Below, piece after piece: positions 45,557-56,600 of a stretch of 64,000 nucleotides of DNA (positions within the stretch are counted from its first letter, which is position 1; each line of letters starts with the position of its first letter). The notes below the pieces were generated by a model. That model was not told the origin of the DNA. It did no database searches and worked only from the letters and a program-made list of their open reading frames with translations. This stretch comes from a virus (lineage: Duplodnaviria > Caudoviricetes). The DNA lies in the IMG/VR virus record IMGVR_UViG_3300025372_000001; one strand, written 5' to 3'. The translations under genes were made by a program, and so were the position numbers.

Positions 45557-46087
45557 CTATTTATGTTGAACCATGAATCTATAATTATGAAATTTCTTTT
45601 CTTGACCAAATACTCTTCGCATTTCTTGTTCATTCCTAACTCTTCGATTTATCTTAGTCGAGATTTCATAAATACTAAAAGTAAATCTTTTGTTATTTTG
45701 ATTGAATAATTTGATCCAAAACTCTAATCCTTCATTAGTCATAGAAGTATCACTAATAATATATCTAAATTTGGTTAGAAGATAATCCGTATAAATGGTT
45801 CTAATTAATCCTTTATAGTTTAGATTTTGAATAATTAAATTTTCTTCGATACCTTCTTTTCTTTTATAAAAACCAACTTCAGCAGCAACAATATTTTTAT
45901 CAAGGAAATATAAATCAGTATCGCCGCTGGATACTTCCCAAACTTCAAACATAATATTATTCAATTTAACATTATCAATATGTTCCGCCACGGAACGCAC
46001 TTCTTCAGCAGTTCTATCAATGGTTAACTTGACATTATTGCTTTGAGGCATTTCTAATAAAAGTTTGGTAATTTGATCAAACTTCAT
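45557..46087 (-). CDS. GNAT-like fold protein with a capsid-targeting-like N-terminus
   Basis: KGLI..IY...L...+ISD..MT..G..FW.KL pattern; MKFDQITKLLLE. Confidence 0.5.
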   Translation of the reverse strand: MKFDQITKLLLEMPQSNNVKLTIDRTAEEVRSVAEHIDNVKLNNIMFEVWEVSSGDTDLYFLDKNIVAAEVGFYKRKEGIEENLIIQNLNYKGLIRTIYTDYLLTKFRYIISDTSMTNEGLEFWIKLFNQNNKRFTFSIYEISTKINRRVRNEQEMRRVFGQEKKFHNYRFMVQHK

Positions 46088-46096
46088 ATAAGAAAA

Positions 46097-46525
46097 TTAC
46101 TTTGTGATGCCTTGAGTGATGGCAGCGGATAATGCTTTTAGAATAGGAACAAGATTATCTACACTTGCAACCTTATTAGTTACAGCAGTATTGTAATATG
46201 CTTTGTATAGAGCAAGAGAAGCATTGACAATATTGACTGCTTCAGGTGTTTCTAATTCTTTAATTTTAGCAGATTCGATAACAGTTTGTAATGCAGCCGG
46301 ACTTAAATTTTGTCCAAGGGCAAAAGTATCAATCGCCAATGCAACATCAGTTAGATAAGGAACCATCTTAGGTTGTTTGGTGATACCTACTTTAACAGCA
46401 GGAGGAACGATTGCAGTAATTAGAGTTGGTGTTTCTGATAGAAGTAATTGTTTATCAGTAGTAGAACAACCAATGCTGGTGAATAGAACAAGGGAAAGGA
46501 AAATGGCGGTTAAGGTATTTTTCAT
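46097..46525 (-). CDS. Lipoprotein (helical)
   Basis: Signal peptide with lipobox SIG-C; TAAATA 8 nt upstream. Confidence 0.7.
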   Translation of the reverse strand: MKNTLTAIFLSLVLFTSIGCSTTDKQLLLSETPTLITAIVPPAVKVGITKQPKMVPYLTDVALAIDTFALGQNLSPAALQTVIESAKIKELETPEAVNIVNASLALYKAYYNTAVTNKVASVDNLVPILKALSAAITQGITK

Positions 46526-46536
46526 AATGAATGTAT

Positions 46537-48321
46537 TTATTGATCTTCTTTTTGATCTTCAATCATTGCCAACATGAAACGGTTTATATATCTTTGTAAA
46601 TCATCAGTTATTAATTCATAATTATTATTTGCTCTACGAAGAGAGTAAGTTAAGGTTAGTAGTTTATCAGGATCGTGATAATTAAAAGACATATCAATAT
46701 CTAGTGTTCCGTTGGCCCAAGTAGTTTTAGTTATTAAGGAATATGCATCATCTTTAAATCCTTTACCTAGAGCTAAATTAGCTATACCATTATTATGATC
46801 CAAATCTTCTAATACTTTATCTAAATTTTCCGAAAACTTTCCAGTTTCATTCCATTGCTGTTGATAAGGAACCGCCAATTTAGTGAATATTCTTACATGA
46901 ATATAATTACCCGTTCGATTATTTTGAACCACTTGTGCATGTAATTCAAATTTAGGATTAGGAATATTATATTTTGTTTTAAGAATATTATCTATTTCTT
47001 CTTGCCATGAAGTAACATGTCCTGATTTATGTTTAATATTTGCATATTCTTCTTTACCAAAGAAGTTATCAAGTAGATCATTTAAGTCTTCATCGGAATA
47101 AGTTCCACCAACTAATACAATGTTATTCATTGCATAAGTGTATTCAGGAGGGTTCTTATAAATGGATTGATGTTCTCTGGTATAATCTAAAATTTTTTGA
47201 TAAATTTCTTGCGTGATTAATCCATATTTTTGTTCATCTTGTAACATAGTAGGAACAGCAAAATCTTTACCATTAGAAAGATCAATAAATCTTCTTAATC
47301 TAATTCGACCAATGGGTTGAATCTTTCCAACATTACGATCTTTATCAAAGAAGACTTCTTTATCATTTAAGTTTTCTTGGATTCTTTTTCTATCAGAACC
47401 TTTTATTAAGTAAACGACTCCGCCGTCATTCTTGGCATCAGCAAGAGCACAATCAGAGAACGTTCCTTCATCTTTAGAATATGCACCTTGTAATCTATGA
47501 CAAGAACTAATTCCTTTATGATCAGACATTCTCAACACATCAATAGGATGCCGTGAAAATAATAAATAATAAAAAATATTATTTTGATCAATAGCTTGTT
47601 TAAAACTGTTGAATTTTTGTATCTTATTCTTTAAAGATTGTTTATCTTTATGAACCCATTCTTCGACATATTGTTCATATATAGATGCTAGAACAGGAAA
47701 GATATTACTATTGAATTCCCTCTTTTCTCGATTTATACGCTGAACTAATTTCTTTTCCATTAGTGCCTTTAAAAAATCATAAATCTCGGAAATACTTAAT
47801 GGTTTATCAGTTTTACTCTGTATATCAAAAGCGGTATTATTTAAATCATCATCATATAAATATCCTAAACTTTTAAGAGGGGATATAGTACTTATTCTAT
47901 AAGCAAATTTACTATTTTCATTAGGAATGGTAGAAATAGTTAACCCCTTATCTTTGAGAGTAGACGCTATATTATATATTTCTTTTCTCACATTATCCAT
48001 TCGTTCAAATACAGTTTTAAGTATTTTCTCTTCTTTATTTTCTATTTCATGGTGTTCATCTTTTAAAGAACGTCGAATATCTTTAATATAGGTATTGATA
48101 TTTTTTCCATCAATTGTTCTGTTCTTTATATCAATTTTATTAAGAATATCGAATGACTTTGCAGCCTTTTCAAAATTAGGATTATATACTTTAATTAGAA
48201 ATCTATCACCTTTGCCTTCAAACAATTCATTGAAAGGACGATCAGAAACTTTATCAACAGCATCTTGAATCTTATCAATATACTCTTGTCTTGCTTCAAA
48301 AAATAATTTAAATTCCCCCAT
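46537..48321 (-). CDS. 594-aa protein with an SRHPIDVLRMSD...SSCH motif and a capsid-targeting-like N-terminus
   Basis: MGEFKLFFEA; long intact ORF; catalytic-looking motif, family not assigned. Confidence 0.7.
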   Translation of the reverse strand: MGEFKLFFEARQEYIDKIQDAVDKVSDRPFNELFEGKGDRFLIKVYNPNFEKAAKSFDILNKIDIKNRTIDGKNINTYIKDIRRSLKDEHHEIENKEEKILKTVFERMDNVRKEIYNIASTLKDKGLTISTIPNENSKFAYRISTISPLKSLGYLYDDDLNNTAFDIQSKTDKPLSISEIYDFLKALMEKKLVQRINREKREFNSNIFPVLASIYEQYVEEWVHKDKQSLKNKIQKFNSFKQAIDQNNIFYYLLFSRHPIDVLRMSDHKGISSCHRLQGAYSKDEGTFSDCALADAKNDGGVVYLIKGSDRKRIQENLNDKEVFFDKDRNVGKIQPIGRIRLRRFIDLSNGKDFAVPTMLQDEQKYGLITQEIYQKILDYTREHQSIYKNPPEYTYAMNNIVLVGGTYSDEDLNDLLDNFFGKEEYANIKHKSGHVTSWQEEIDNILKTKYNIPNPKFELHAQVVQNNRTGNYIHVRIFTKLAVPYQQQWNETGKFSENLDKVLEDLDHNNGIANLALGKGFKDDAYSLITKTTWANGTLDIDMSFNYHDPDKLLTLTYSLRRANNNYELITDDLQRYINRFMLAMIEDQKEDQ

Positions 48322-48323
48322 TA

Positions 48324-48683
48324 TTATATTCCTTTCTTTAATAGTTGAATAAATGTCGGCGGAATATCTCTCTTCGATACCACTTCAAACATTCTGGGAT
48401 CATCTGTCAATGGAAAATTACTAGGTAAATTGACTTGTAACAAATCCAAAATTTCGTCTTCTTCAAATTCATCGCCCAACCAATTACCAACTGCATCATA
48501 AGCAGATTGTTTATCTCTGAATAAGAATACACTTGGTTCTTCTTCCATTTGAGAACTTCTATCTCCTTGAGAAACTAATAATCCTCCTTTTAATATACTT
48601 GGTAAATCAGTATCTTTACAAACATGATAAAAAATGTTTGATTTATTTTGTTCTTGTAATAAGAAAAATTCTTTAAATCCCAT
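48324..48683 (-). CDS. ADP-ribosyltransferase-fold protein (Tpt1/KptA/DarT-like)
   Basis: FYH....L.SIL.GGL, SVFLF....A, E.....IPP.FI; N-terminus MGFKEFFLLQE. Confidence 0.6.
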   Translation of the reverse strand: MGFKEFFLLQEQNKSNIFYHVCKDTDLPSILKGGLLVSQGDRSSQMEEEPSVFLFRDKQSAYDAVGNWLGDEFEEDEILDLLQVNLPSNFPLTDDPRMFEVVSKRDIPPTFIQLLKKGI

Positions 48684-48688
48684 AAAAT

Positions 48689-50539
48689 TTATTTACTTAA
48701 AAGGTTTTTTGTTAGGATATAATTCAAGGATTCCTCAATAACTCCCCCATCTCCATACCAATCTTCCCAAGAAGAAAGAGCAGGATTTAAACTATTCCTT
48801 TGATCTTTATAGTTAATAATACCTTCCACTGGATTATTCTGAGCAGTCTGATTCCATTCAAAGAAACAGAAATTCTCCAATCCTTTATCAATAATCGGTT
48901 GAGCCGTTAAACTTCTTAATGGATAAACATTACTATCTTGAACTTTAACCGGAAGAAAATTATAAACAGAAGAACCGTGTTCTCTATATAGAATAGTATC
49001 TCCAGCAGTAATATTATCATTTAAATTAATAATCTTTCCTAAGTTACTTCTTTTATCAAAACCACATGCGCCACATATATTAACCTTACATGAATTAGCA
49101 CAATCCACAAAGTTATTATTACATTTACATCTGGTTCCAATTAACTTCGGTAAAGGAACTGAAAAGAAATTCATTACTCTTCTTAATTCTTCGGGGAATT
49201 GTAAATCAAAATTATCAATATCAACATCAAACTTTTGAGACATATCATATAAAGAATCAATTGTACAAACATCAATATCATTATGATCATTACTAAAATT
49301 TTGAATACGATCATATACCTTTCCAAGTGAATCTCCTTCACCACCAACAGCAGAAAGATACGTTCCGAACATATCATATTCTTCTAGATCAAATTGTGAA
49401 TACTGTTTAATTAGATCATAAACATTCTTGTCTTCTCCTTTACGATAGAAGGCATTGAAGTCTTCAAATTTATAAATGTTAAAAGGAGCAGAAGAACCAG
49501 AGAGAACATAATTCATTCCATTGACATTAGCAACACCGTAGGCATTAATGGTTAATTGATAAGGATATTTCCTGGTTTTAACTATCTCTGTATTCAGATA
49601 GGGATTTTCTCCACATGCAACAGGATTGGTAATTATCTGATCGACAGGAAATGCAGAAGAAGGAAGAAGAAAGGTATTAATTGCATAAGGGTTAATTGAA
49701 ACACTGCTCGTCTGATATTGACTAGAAGTAACTCCTCCACAATTCGTATAATAATTAATATTAGTTAAATATCCTTTGGCATAATGCAGCATATTACTAC
49801 AAGGAATATTGGTATTATTGAAAGTTAAAGTATAAGGAATGGTATGATCTGCCCATTGAAGAGAATTTAGATCATTAATTCCATCAGTGGTTATATTAAT
49901 ATTATTAGGAATAATGGCAGAGACCGTATGAGTCAAAGCTGCATATGCTCTAGAATTAATTAATATATTTTCCTGATTTTGTTTAAGGGTGAAAAATAAA
50001 ACTGGTTTTCCTGGCATATCATCTTTATATGTGATAGCAGAACATGCTGTATATCCTAATACAACATTACTACTAATAATAGGAAAACAAGTTAAATCTA
50101 TTTGAGAAATTTTATTATTTAAAGAATCATAGAATCCCCATTCAGGAGTCATTTGGTTCCAGAAAGAATTATCAACTGTTGGTTGGGAAAGACTTCCACT
50201 AGAATAGAGAAAGACGGTTGCAAGAGGATTGGTGGAAGTTACATTAAGAGTTAATGTTTGGGGGCAACTAGTGTAAGCGGATAAAACGTTATAAGAAACG
50301 TGAATGGAATTTAAAAGATAGTTGCTAGGATATGCAGTAAGGGAAAAGGACGAGACTGAGGCACAATCAGAAACAAATACTTTATAAATGTTAGCAGCGG
50401 TGTAATAGTGGGATAAAGTGGTTGAATCTGTGACAATACCATCTCCCCAATTAATAGTATAATTGATAGAAGGATCAGATGTAGATAAACTGAATGGTTG
50501 GGTTATCGTATAACCTGATAAAGGAGAAATATTAATCAC
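48689..50539 (-). CDS. Baseplate/tail structural protein with an N-terminal PKD-like domain
   Basis: YTINWGDG (PKD); C-terminal D+D.CTID.LY.M...F wedge-like region; GTG start 5 nt after TAAATA. Confidence 0.6.
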   Translation of the reverse strand: MINISPLSGYTITQPFSLSTSDPSINYTINWGDGIVTDSTTLSHYYTAANIYKVFVSDCASVSSFSLTAYPSNYLLNSIHVSYNVLSAYTSCPQTLTLNVTSTNPLATVFLYSSGSLSQPTVDNSFWNQMTPEWGFYDSLNNKISQIDLTCFPIISSNVVLGYTACSAITYKDDMPGKPVLFFTLKQNQENILINSRAYAALTHTVSAIIPNNINITTDGINDLNSLQWADHTIPYTLTFNNTNIPCSNMLHYAKGYLTNINYYTNCGGVTSSQYQTSSVSINPYAINTFLLPSSAFPVDQIITNPVACGENPYLNTEIVKTRKYPYQLTINAYGVANVNGMNYVLSGSSAPFNIYKFEDFNAFYRKGEDKNVYDLIKQYSQFDLEEYDMFGTYLSAVGGEGDSLGKVYDRIQNFSNDHNDIDVCTIDSLYDMSQKFDVDIDNFDLQFPEELRRVMNFFSVPLPKLIGTRCKCNNNFVDCANSCKVNICGACGFDKRSNLGKIINLNDNITAGDTILYREHGSSVYNFLPVKVQDSNVYPLRSLTAQPIIDKGLENFCFFEWNQTAQNNPVEGIINYKDQRNSLNPALSSWEDWYGDGGVIEESLNYILTKNLLSK

Positions 50540-50839
50540 CTAAATATTTATCGCCTTCAATACTTCGTTAAAGGCTTTATACATTGTACTAATATCAGGA
50601 TAAAGTAAGATTGTATCCATATGACTATTAATATAATCCCGATATTCTTTAATAGCACCTTTTAATAATGCTCGTAAATCTTCCACTTCTTCTGGAGCAA
50701 TTTCACTTTGTCCTGCCTTCTTCATTTTCTTATAAAGATTTAAAATCTTTTTATGATAATCTTTAAGAGTATTACTTAATTCCATTTCTGAGGCAACAAA
50801 AGATTCGTGTAGCATATTAACGTATTCATTAAAATTCAT
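50540..50839 (-). CDS. Small helical late protein
   Basis: MNFNEYVNMLHE; TAAATA 5 nt upstream. Confidence 0.65.
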   Translation of the reverse strand: MNFNEYVNMLHESFVASEMELSNTLKDYHKKILNLYKKMKKAGQSEIAPEEVEDLRALLKGAIKEYRDYINSHMDTILLYPDISTMYKAFNEVLKAINI

Positions 50840-50850
50840 TTAAGTATTTA

Positions 50851-51312
50851 TTAAAAAGTAAAATCTCCAGTATTATTGAAACTAGTGTTAATGACTACTT
50901 GTTTATTATTTAAGTTAGGCATAAGGATGATGATTGCTATTTGGTAAAGGAAATTATCATAATCGGGGGCGACGAGAATCTTTTGAACGGTGATACGAGG
51001 TTCATATAGTTTAATGACTTTATCAATAGCATTACCGATAGCAGTTGCTCCCATATCAGATAAGGGTTGACCAATAAAGGCTTTTAAATTTACACCAAAA
51101 GAAGGGGTTAAGTATCTTTTTTGTGTTAAAAGATTTTCTAGAGAATTTAATATTGCTCGTTCGTCTACATCTGCAATAAGATCATTACCAACTACAACAT
51201 CATTATTTCTACGATTGTTAGAAACTTGTTTCAGGGCAAAATCGAGATTAATATCAGAAAACGTGTAAGTGTTTTGATTTACCTTATTTGTCAAGTTGTT
51301 AATAACAATCAT
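50851..51312 (-). CDS. gp25: Baseplate wedge protein, T4 gp25-like (start reassigned to ATG 51312)
   Basis: FSDINLDF, DERAI.NSL.NL, P.FG.NL, YEPRI motifs. Confidence 0.88.
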   Translation of the reverse strand: MIVINNLTNKVNQNTYTFSDINLDFALKQVSNNRRNNDVVVGNDLIADVDERAILNSLENLLTQKRYLTPSFGVNLKAFIGQPLSDMGATAIGNAIDKVIKLYEPRITVQKILVAPDYDNFLYQIAIIILMPNLNNKQVVINTSFNNTGDFTF

Positions 51313-51345
51313 ACAATTATTTATGATCACTGGTAAATAATGAAT

Positions 51346-51846
51346 ATGTCAAAATTTTTAAAACTGTATGAAAGTGTAATGGATGAAGTTAATCTTGCAC
51401 GTATTCGTCCCCAAACCATTGTAGTTATTGATCCTGAAGCACTTGAACAAGAAGTTATTGCTAATGATATTATCAAACGTAAAGGTTTAACTTATTTGTC
51501 ACAATTAAAGAAAATGGCAACAGAGAAGTATCCTTTGTATGTTTCTGCATTAAAGGCAGTTAGACCTGCTAGTAATGTTTATGCTGCTCTTCCTACCAGT
51601 AATGATTTTCAAGAAGCAGACTTAGTTGATTGGTCCCCTGGTTTACAGAAAAGTTGGAATGCTCCTATGACCGTTCCTCTTTCCATTCTTAAACCTATTG
51701 TTTCTCCAGAAAACATTATGCAAATTCCTATTCCTGGTAGAGAAGCAAGTTATGAACGTTCCGAAGGCGATAACTCTCTCAACAAAGGCGAACAACATCC
51801 AAATGTCGTTGGTCAAAAAGAGAAACGTGCCAAGGAAAAGAAATAA
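51346..51846 (+). CDS. Late hypothetical protein (MSKFLKLYE)
   Basis: TAAATA(51334) 6 nt upstream of the second ATG. Confidence 0.65.
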   Translation: MSKFLKLYESVMDEVNLARIRPQTIVVIDPEALEQEVIANDIIKRKGLTYLSQLKKMATEKYPLYVSALKAVRPASNVYAALPTSNDFQEADLVDWSPGLQKSWNAPMTVPLSILKPIVSPENIMQIPIPGREASYERSEGDNSLNKGEQHPNVVGQKEKRAKEKK

Positions 51847-51877
51847 AACCATTTAAGTTCATTCAATAAATATTAAA

Positions 51878-53638
51878 ATGAATGACACCTTTCCAGTTCC
51901 TTCTGATGCTTATTTAGCATTTGATGGTCTTACTATTAGAGATAAAATCCGCCAACGTTTAACTCAAACAGGCGTATTCACTGATCAAAACTTTGAAGGA
52001 AGTAACCTCTCTGCCATCAATGATGTCATTGCAATGGTCTTTTCCCTATTGATCTATAATCTCAACAAAACTAGCTCAAACGGAAACTTCTCAGAAACGA
52101 CCCTCTATAAATCAATGAACGGGATAGTAAAATCTCTTAGTTATAATCCTATTGGTAGTCAAACTGCCTCAGTTAATTTTACATTATCTGCCCAAGGACT
52201 TCCTGCTGGATTTTATACTATTCCTCGTTATTCTTCCATTGCTGTTGCAGGCATCAATTATTCCTTAAATGATGATTTAACCTTTAGTAAATTGGTTGAT
52301 ACTACCTTAGAACAGATTATAGATTTGGCTAATTCAAAGATTATGTATCAAGGAACATTTATGGAATATCCAACAGTTCTTTCTGCTGGTATTCCTAATG
52401 AAACAATTTTCCTTGTAACCGATACTTCTATTCTAGTTGATCATTTTAACCTTTTCGTTTATGTTAAAGAACCTAATGGTATCTGGACTAAATGGAATAG
52501 AACTGCTTCTTTATTTCTTAATAGTGCAACTGATAAAGTCTTTGAAGTTAGATATAATGAGAATAAAAGATATGAAATAAAATTAGGTAATAATATTAAC
52601 GGTTATCAACCTTCTACTAATAGTCAGATTGCTATCTATTATTTGGCATCAGATGGACCTAATGGAGAAATAGGGAAAAATACTATTACCTATAAGAAGA
52701 TGTCTATTCTAGATACTAGTAGATTGGCAGAGATATTAACAGATGAGCAAGTGGGAAATATATTAGGTAACTCTGATGTATCTAGTAGTTTATTATTTGA
52801 TAATGCTTCTCCTAGTACATATTATAGTGAACCGGAGACAGTTGCACAGATTAGGGCAAATGCTCCTGCTAATTATAGATCACAATTTAGTTTAACTACT
52901 GAAACTTCTTATCAGACTTTTCTCAAAACCAATTTCGCTAATATTTTACATGATGTTCATGTGATGAACAATGTTGATTATCTTGATAGTTATATTCAAT
53001 ATTTTTATAATTTAGGTTTAACCAATCCTCAATTGGAATATAGAGCATTATATAACCAAATCAACTATTCCGACTCATGTAATTTCAATAACATCTATTG
53101 TTTTTGTGTTCCAAAGACCAGAAGCAATACAAGGTCTTACGTTTTTCCTGCTCAAAAATCATTAATTATTAATACGATTCAACGAGAAAAAGTGATGACG
53201 GCAGAAGTGATTATTGCTGATCCGGTTTATATGGCAATTGATTTTGCTGCATCTGCTACAGGCGAACCAACAGTTAAAGATATTTCTAATACTAATATTA
53301 TCATTTATAAAGACCCGATTACTAGAAAAAGTGATGCAACTATTGCAAGTAATGTAAATGATTTAATTGTTTCTTTCTTTGACAGAATTAATAATACGTT
53401 AGGACAGAAGATTAATATTAATCAATTAGTTACTGATATATTGGCATTGGATGGTGTTCAAAAAATTGCAACACAAATTAATGACGTAGGAACAACTATA
53501 GAAGGATTACAATTAATGATGTGGAATCCATTGTATCCCTCTTTTGTAACTAAGTTTGGGGCAAATATTACCTTAGAGAATTTTCAATTTCCTTTTTTAT
53601 ATAGTTCTTCCTTACTTTCTAGAATAACAGTTATCTAA
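51878..53638 (+). CDS. gp6: Baseplate wedge subunit, T4 gp6-like
   Basis: FDGL.IR..I..RL.....FTDQNFEGSNLS, K.LSYNP, RYEIKLG.NING, ET...IR.NAP..Y. Confidence 0.88.
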   Translation: MNDTFPVPSDAYLAFDGLTIRDKIRQRLTQTGVFTDQNFEGSNLSAINDVIAMVFSLLIYNLNKTSSNGNFSETTLYKSMNGIVKSLSYNPIGSQTASVNFTLSAQGLPAGFYTIPRYSSIAVAGINYSLNDDLTFSKLVDTTLEQIIDLANSKIMYQGTFMEYPTVLSAGIPNETIFLVTDTSILVDHFNLFVYVKEPNGIWTKWNRTASLFLNSATDKVFEVRYNENKRYEIKLGNNINGYQPSTNSQIAIYYLASDGPNGEIGKNTITYKKMSILDTSRLAEILTDEQVGNILGNSDVSSSLLFDNASPSTYYSEPETVAQIRANAPANYRSQFSLTTETSYQTFLKTNFANILHDVHVMNNVDYLDSYIQYFYNLGLTNPQLEYRALYNQINYSDSCNFNNIYCFCVPKTRSNTRSYVFPAQKSLIINTIQREKVMTAEVIIADPVYMAIDFAASATGEPTVKDISNTNIIIYKDPITRKSDATIASNVNDLIVSFFDRINNTLGQKININQLVTDILALDGVQKIATQINDVGTTIEGLQLMMWNPLYPSFVTKFGANITLENFQFPFLYSSSLLSRITVI

Positions 53639-53662
53639 TATTGTGGTTAATAAATAATCTCA

Positions 53663-56600
53663 ATGGCTTCTATTGTTCTTAGAAAGATTGCACAACCGCA
53701 ACAAATCTCAAATGGAGATGTTCTTAATCTTCCAACTCCTCTTAATTATAAAGAGTGGTTGTCTCAACATGTTGCAATCATTCCTAATGATGCCCAAAAA
53801 CAATACGAACAATATCTCTCAACTTATTACAATAATAAGAACACCGTCAATCAAACTCAAGTCAATAATCTTAAAAAAGATTACCTTACATTAATACAAA
53901 AACTTTCTAATATTTTTAAGTATGATGAAACTTTTCAAAGATATGCGAATATTGATTTATCATCTGATATTGAATTGAAGATTGCTATTCCTTATTATGC
54001 CAAGAAATTAAAAGAACTTGCAGTTTATTATATCAATCATAGAGAAGCAATCAAACAAAATAAAATTGAATATGCTTCTATTGGTTCCGAATTTGGATTA
54101 GAACGATTTCTTTATCGAAATCTTTTACAATTATTCACAAAGAAACCTTTTTCAGAAGATGGATTATATGCAACTAATAGTCCTGATTTGTCTGCAATAA
54201 ATGATAATTTTAAAATTACAATTGAAGAATTGTATGACATAACTAATTATGCTGAAACAACTCCATTAGATATTAATCCTTTGCTTTGTGTATTGGATGG
54301 ATATGTTTCCAATATTTGTACACAATTAAGTGAAATTACCAATGATAATTCAGGACCACTTGAATCTATTTTTCTTTGTGAATCGGAGAATTTGAGTTAT
54401 AGTGAATTGGTTAAAGCAGGATGGGAAAAATACCTAGGAACAGATTTATATTATGTTTCAGGAGGAGGTTATTATTATAATAATTTAGATGTATCTCTTG
54501 CATTAGAAAACGGGGATAATTTCTTTTATTGGTTTAGTGGAGAGAATGTTAATGAAATTCCTGATGGAAGATATAATGATGTTTCTTTATCTGCATTGAA
54601 TTGGTCTAATGCAACTGCATCGGGTAGTTTCTCTTCTTCCGATTTAATCTTTGTTAATTATGGTAATATTAAAACAGAAGCAGCATGGTTAATGTCTGCG
54701 GCAAATATCACCGTTAATGCAACCATGTCCGCCACTATCAGCAATGGAAGAGAATTTAAATTCCCTTATCCTGGTATTGGATTAAGCGCAGAAGGAGGCG
54801 AATGGACTGGAAGATTACTCAATGATTCTTATCTTCAAGACAAAAGATTCTTTCCTAATGAAGTTTCATATGAAGATAATCAGAAACAAATTGAACAGTT
54901 ATATTGGAATGCATCGTTGACTAATTCTGCTGTTGTTCCTATCAGTATTCAGAATTTGAATTTGGAAGAAAGTGGCGCATATGCATCCAACAAATTTCAA
55001 ACGGCTGATAAGTTATTGATTAGAAGTAATACTGCTCCTTATAGTATTGATGATTCTACACCCAATGGAGTTTATACGGGTAATATTGATCTGGCATGGT
55101 TATATAAGTTTAATCAAACACAAATTCCTATTTTTAAAGGGAATAATAATGTTTATTATCCATTGACTGCCTTTGACAGTTTAAGTGATTTATATTTTGA
55201 ATATGAAAGTGGTGATGATTTAGCCTTATCTGCCATACCAGTCAATGAAGCATTTTCAGGAGCAATTGCAGGAGAAGAAGTATCGACTGCTGATATGCTC
55301 ATTAAATTGAAAGCGCCTTGTGGTCCTGAAATTGAAGCAGCATGGCTTAAAGGAGTTCCTTTAAGTTATTCTCAAAATATATTTCTCAATGATTATGTTT
55401 GCGGGGTTAATCAACTTGTTCAATATTATACTAATTGGCATTATGTCAGTGGCGTAACTCAACCTGGTATTGCATTCATTGTTGATAATGGTTCGTACGT
55501 TCGTTTCGTATGGGCAGGAGAAAATATTGACATCAATCAAGTAAGAGGTTTTACTGGTTTCGTTCATGATTCTTCTTGTCCTTATATTCAACAAGATTTC
55601 AATAGTTCAATATTAGATGTTAATTTCTTAACTGTCAATGACACGACCCGATATGAAAAATGGAAAAAATGTACTTGCAAAGCATGTTATTATTCTCCGA
55701 TGGGTCATAGATTGAATTCTTTGACTGTTAGAGGCGTTACACCAGATTTTATTGTTCCTGATACTCAACAAGATAAAGACTTTAATTTGGTGGATTGGAG
55801 AGGCAATGACGGGCTTCCATATCAAACCTCCTCTGACCTAATTAGATTTCAACCCAATAATTTAATTGAACAAGATATTGGATGGAGTGAAGGTCAATGG
55901 GTTCGCCCTTCTACTAATAAATTTATTTTAGAAACTGGTAAGAGTTATATTTATTATCGGACCAATTTAGATAGTTGTAACTATACTTTACCTCCTTTTA
56001 TTATCAATCAAGGATATTCAAATTCATTAATTAAGACTAGTGATTGTTCTATTATTAATAGTGTTCCTGTTTGGTATAAAGCAACTCAAGATAGTAATGG
56101 TAATTGGATTGATACTGGATTAGTGAGCGATATGAATTTACAATCGGGAACATTCTTTAAGTATGTTCACCAAGATTCTTATAAAGTGACTAAGCAAAAG
56201 TTGTATTATAATAAAACTGATATTACTCCTATTAGTGGAAATTATATTACAGTGTTTAGAGATGATCCGAATATTTCTTATCAACAAGTTTCCTTCTCTT
56301 CTCCTGCGGTTGATTTTCTTATTAAAATTCCTTTAAAAAATAATAAAGGATATTGGGGAACTGCATCATATGATAGCAAGGATAGTTTACTTCAAAGAAG
56401 TACGAACGATAATCGACCTGTTAATGATTATCTGCAATTAACTCAACCTATTCCTAGTAATTTAACCTTGTCAGAACAAACTGTTGTTCGTTATGAATTG
56501 AGTAATTGTAATAATTGTTTCACATGGGTTCAACCCGTGTTGCTGCAAGTTGCCAGTCCATATATGCATTGGAATCGAATTGATATGGATAATTGTGTGT

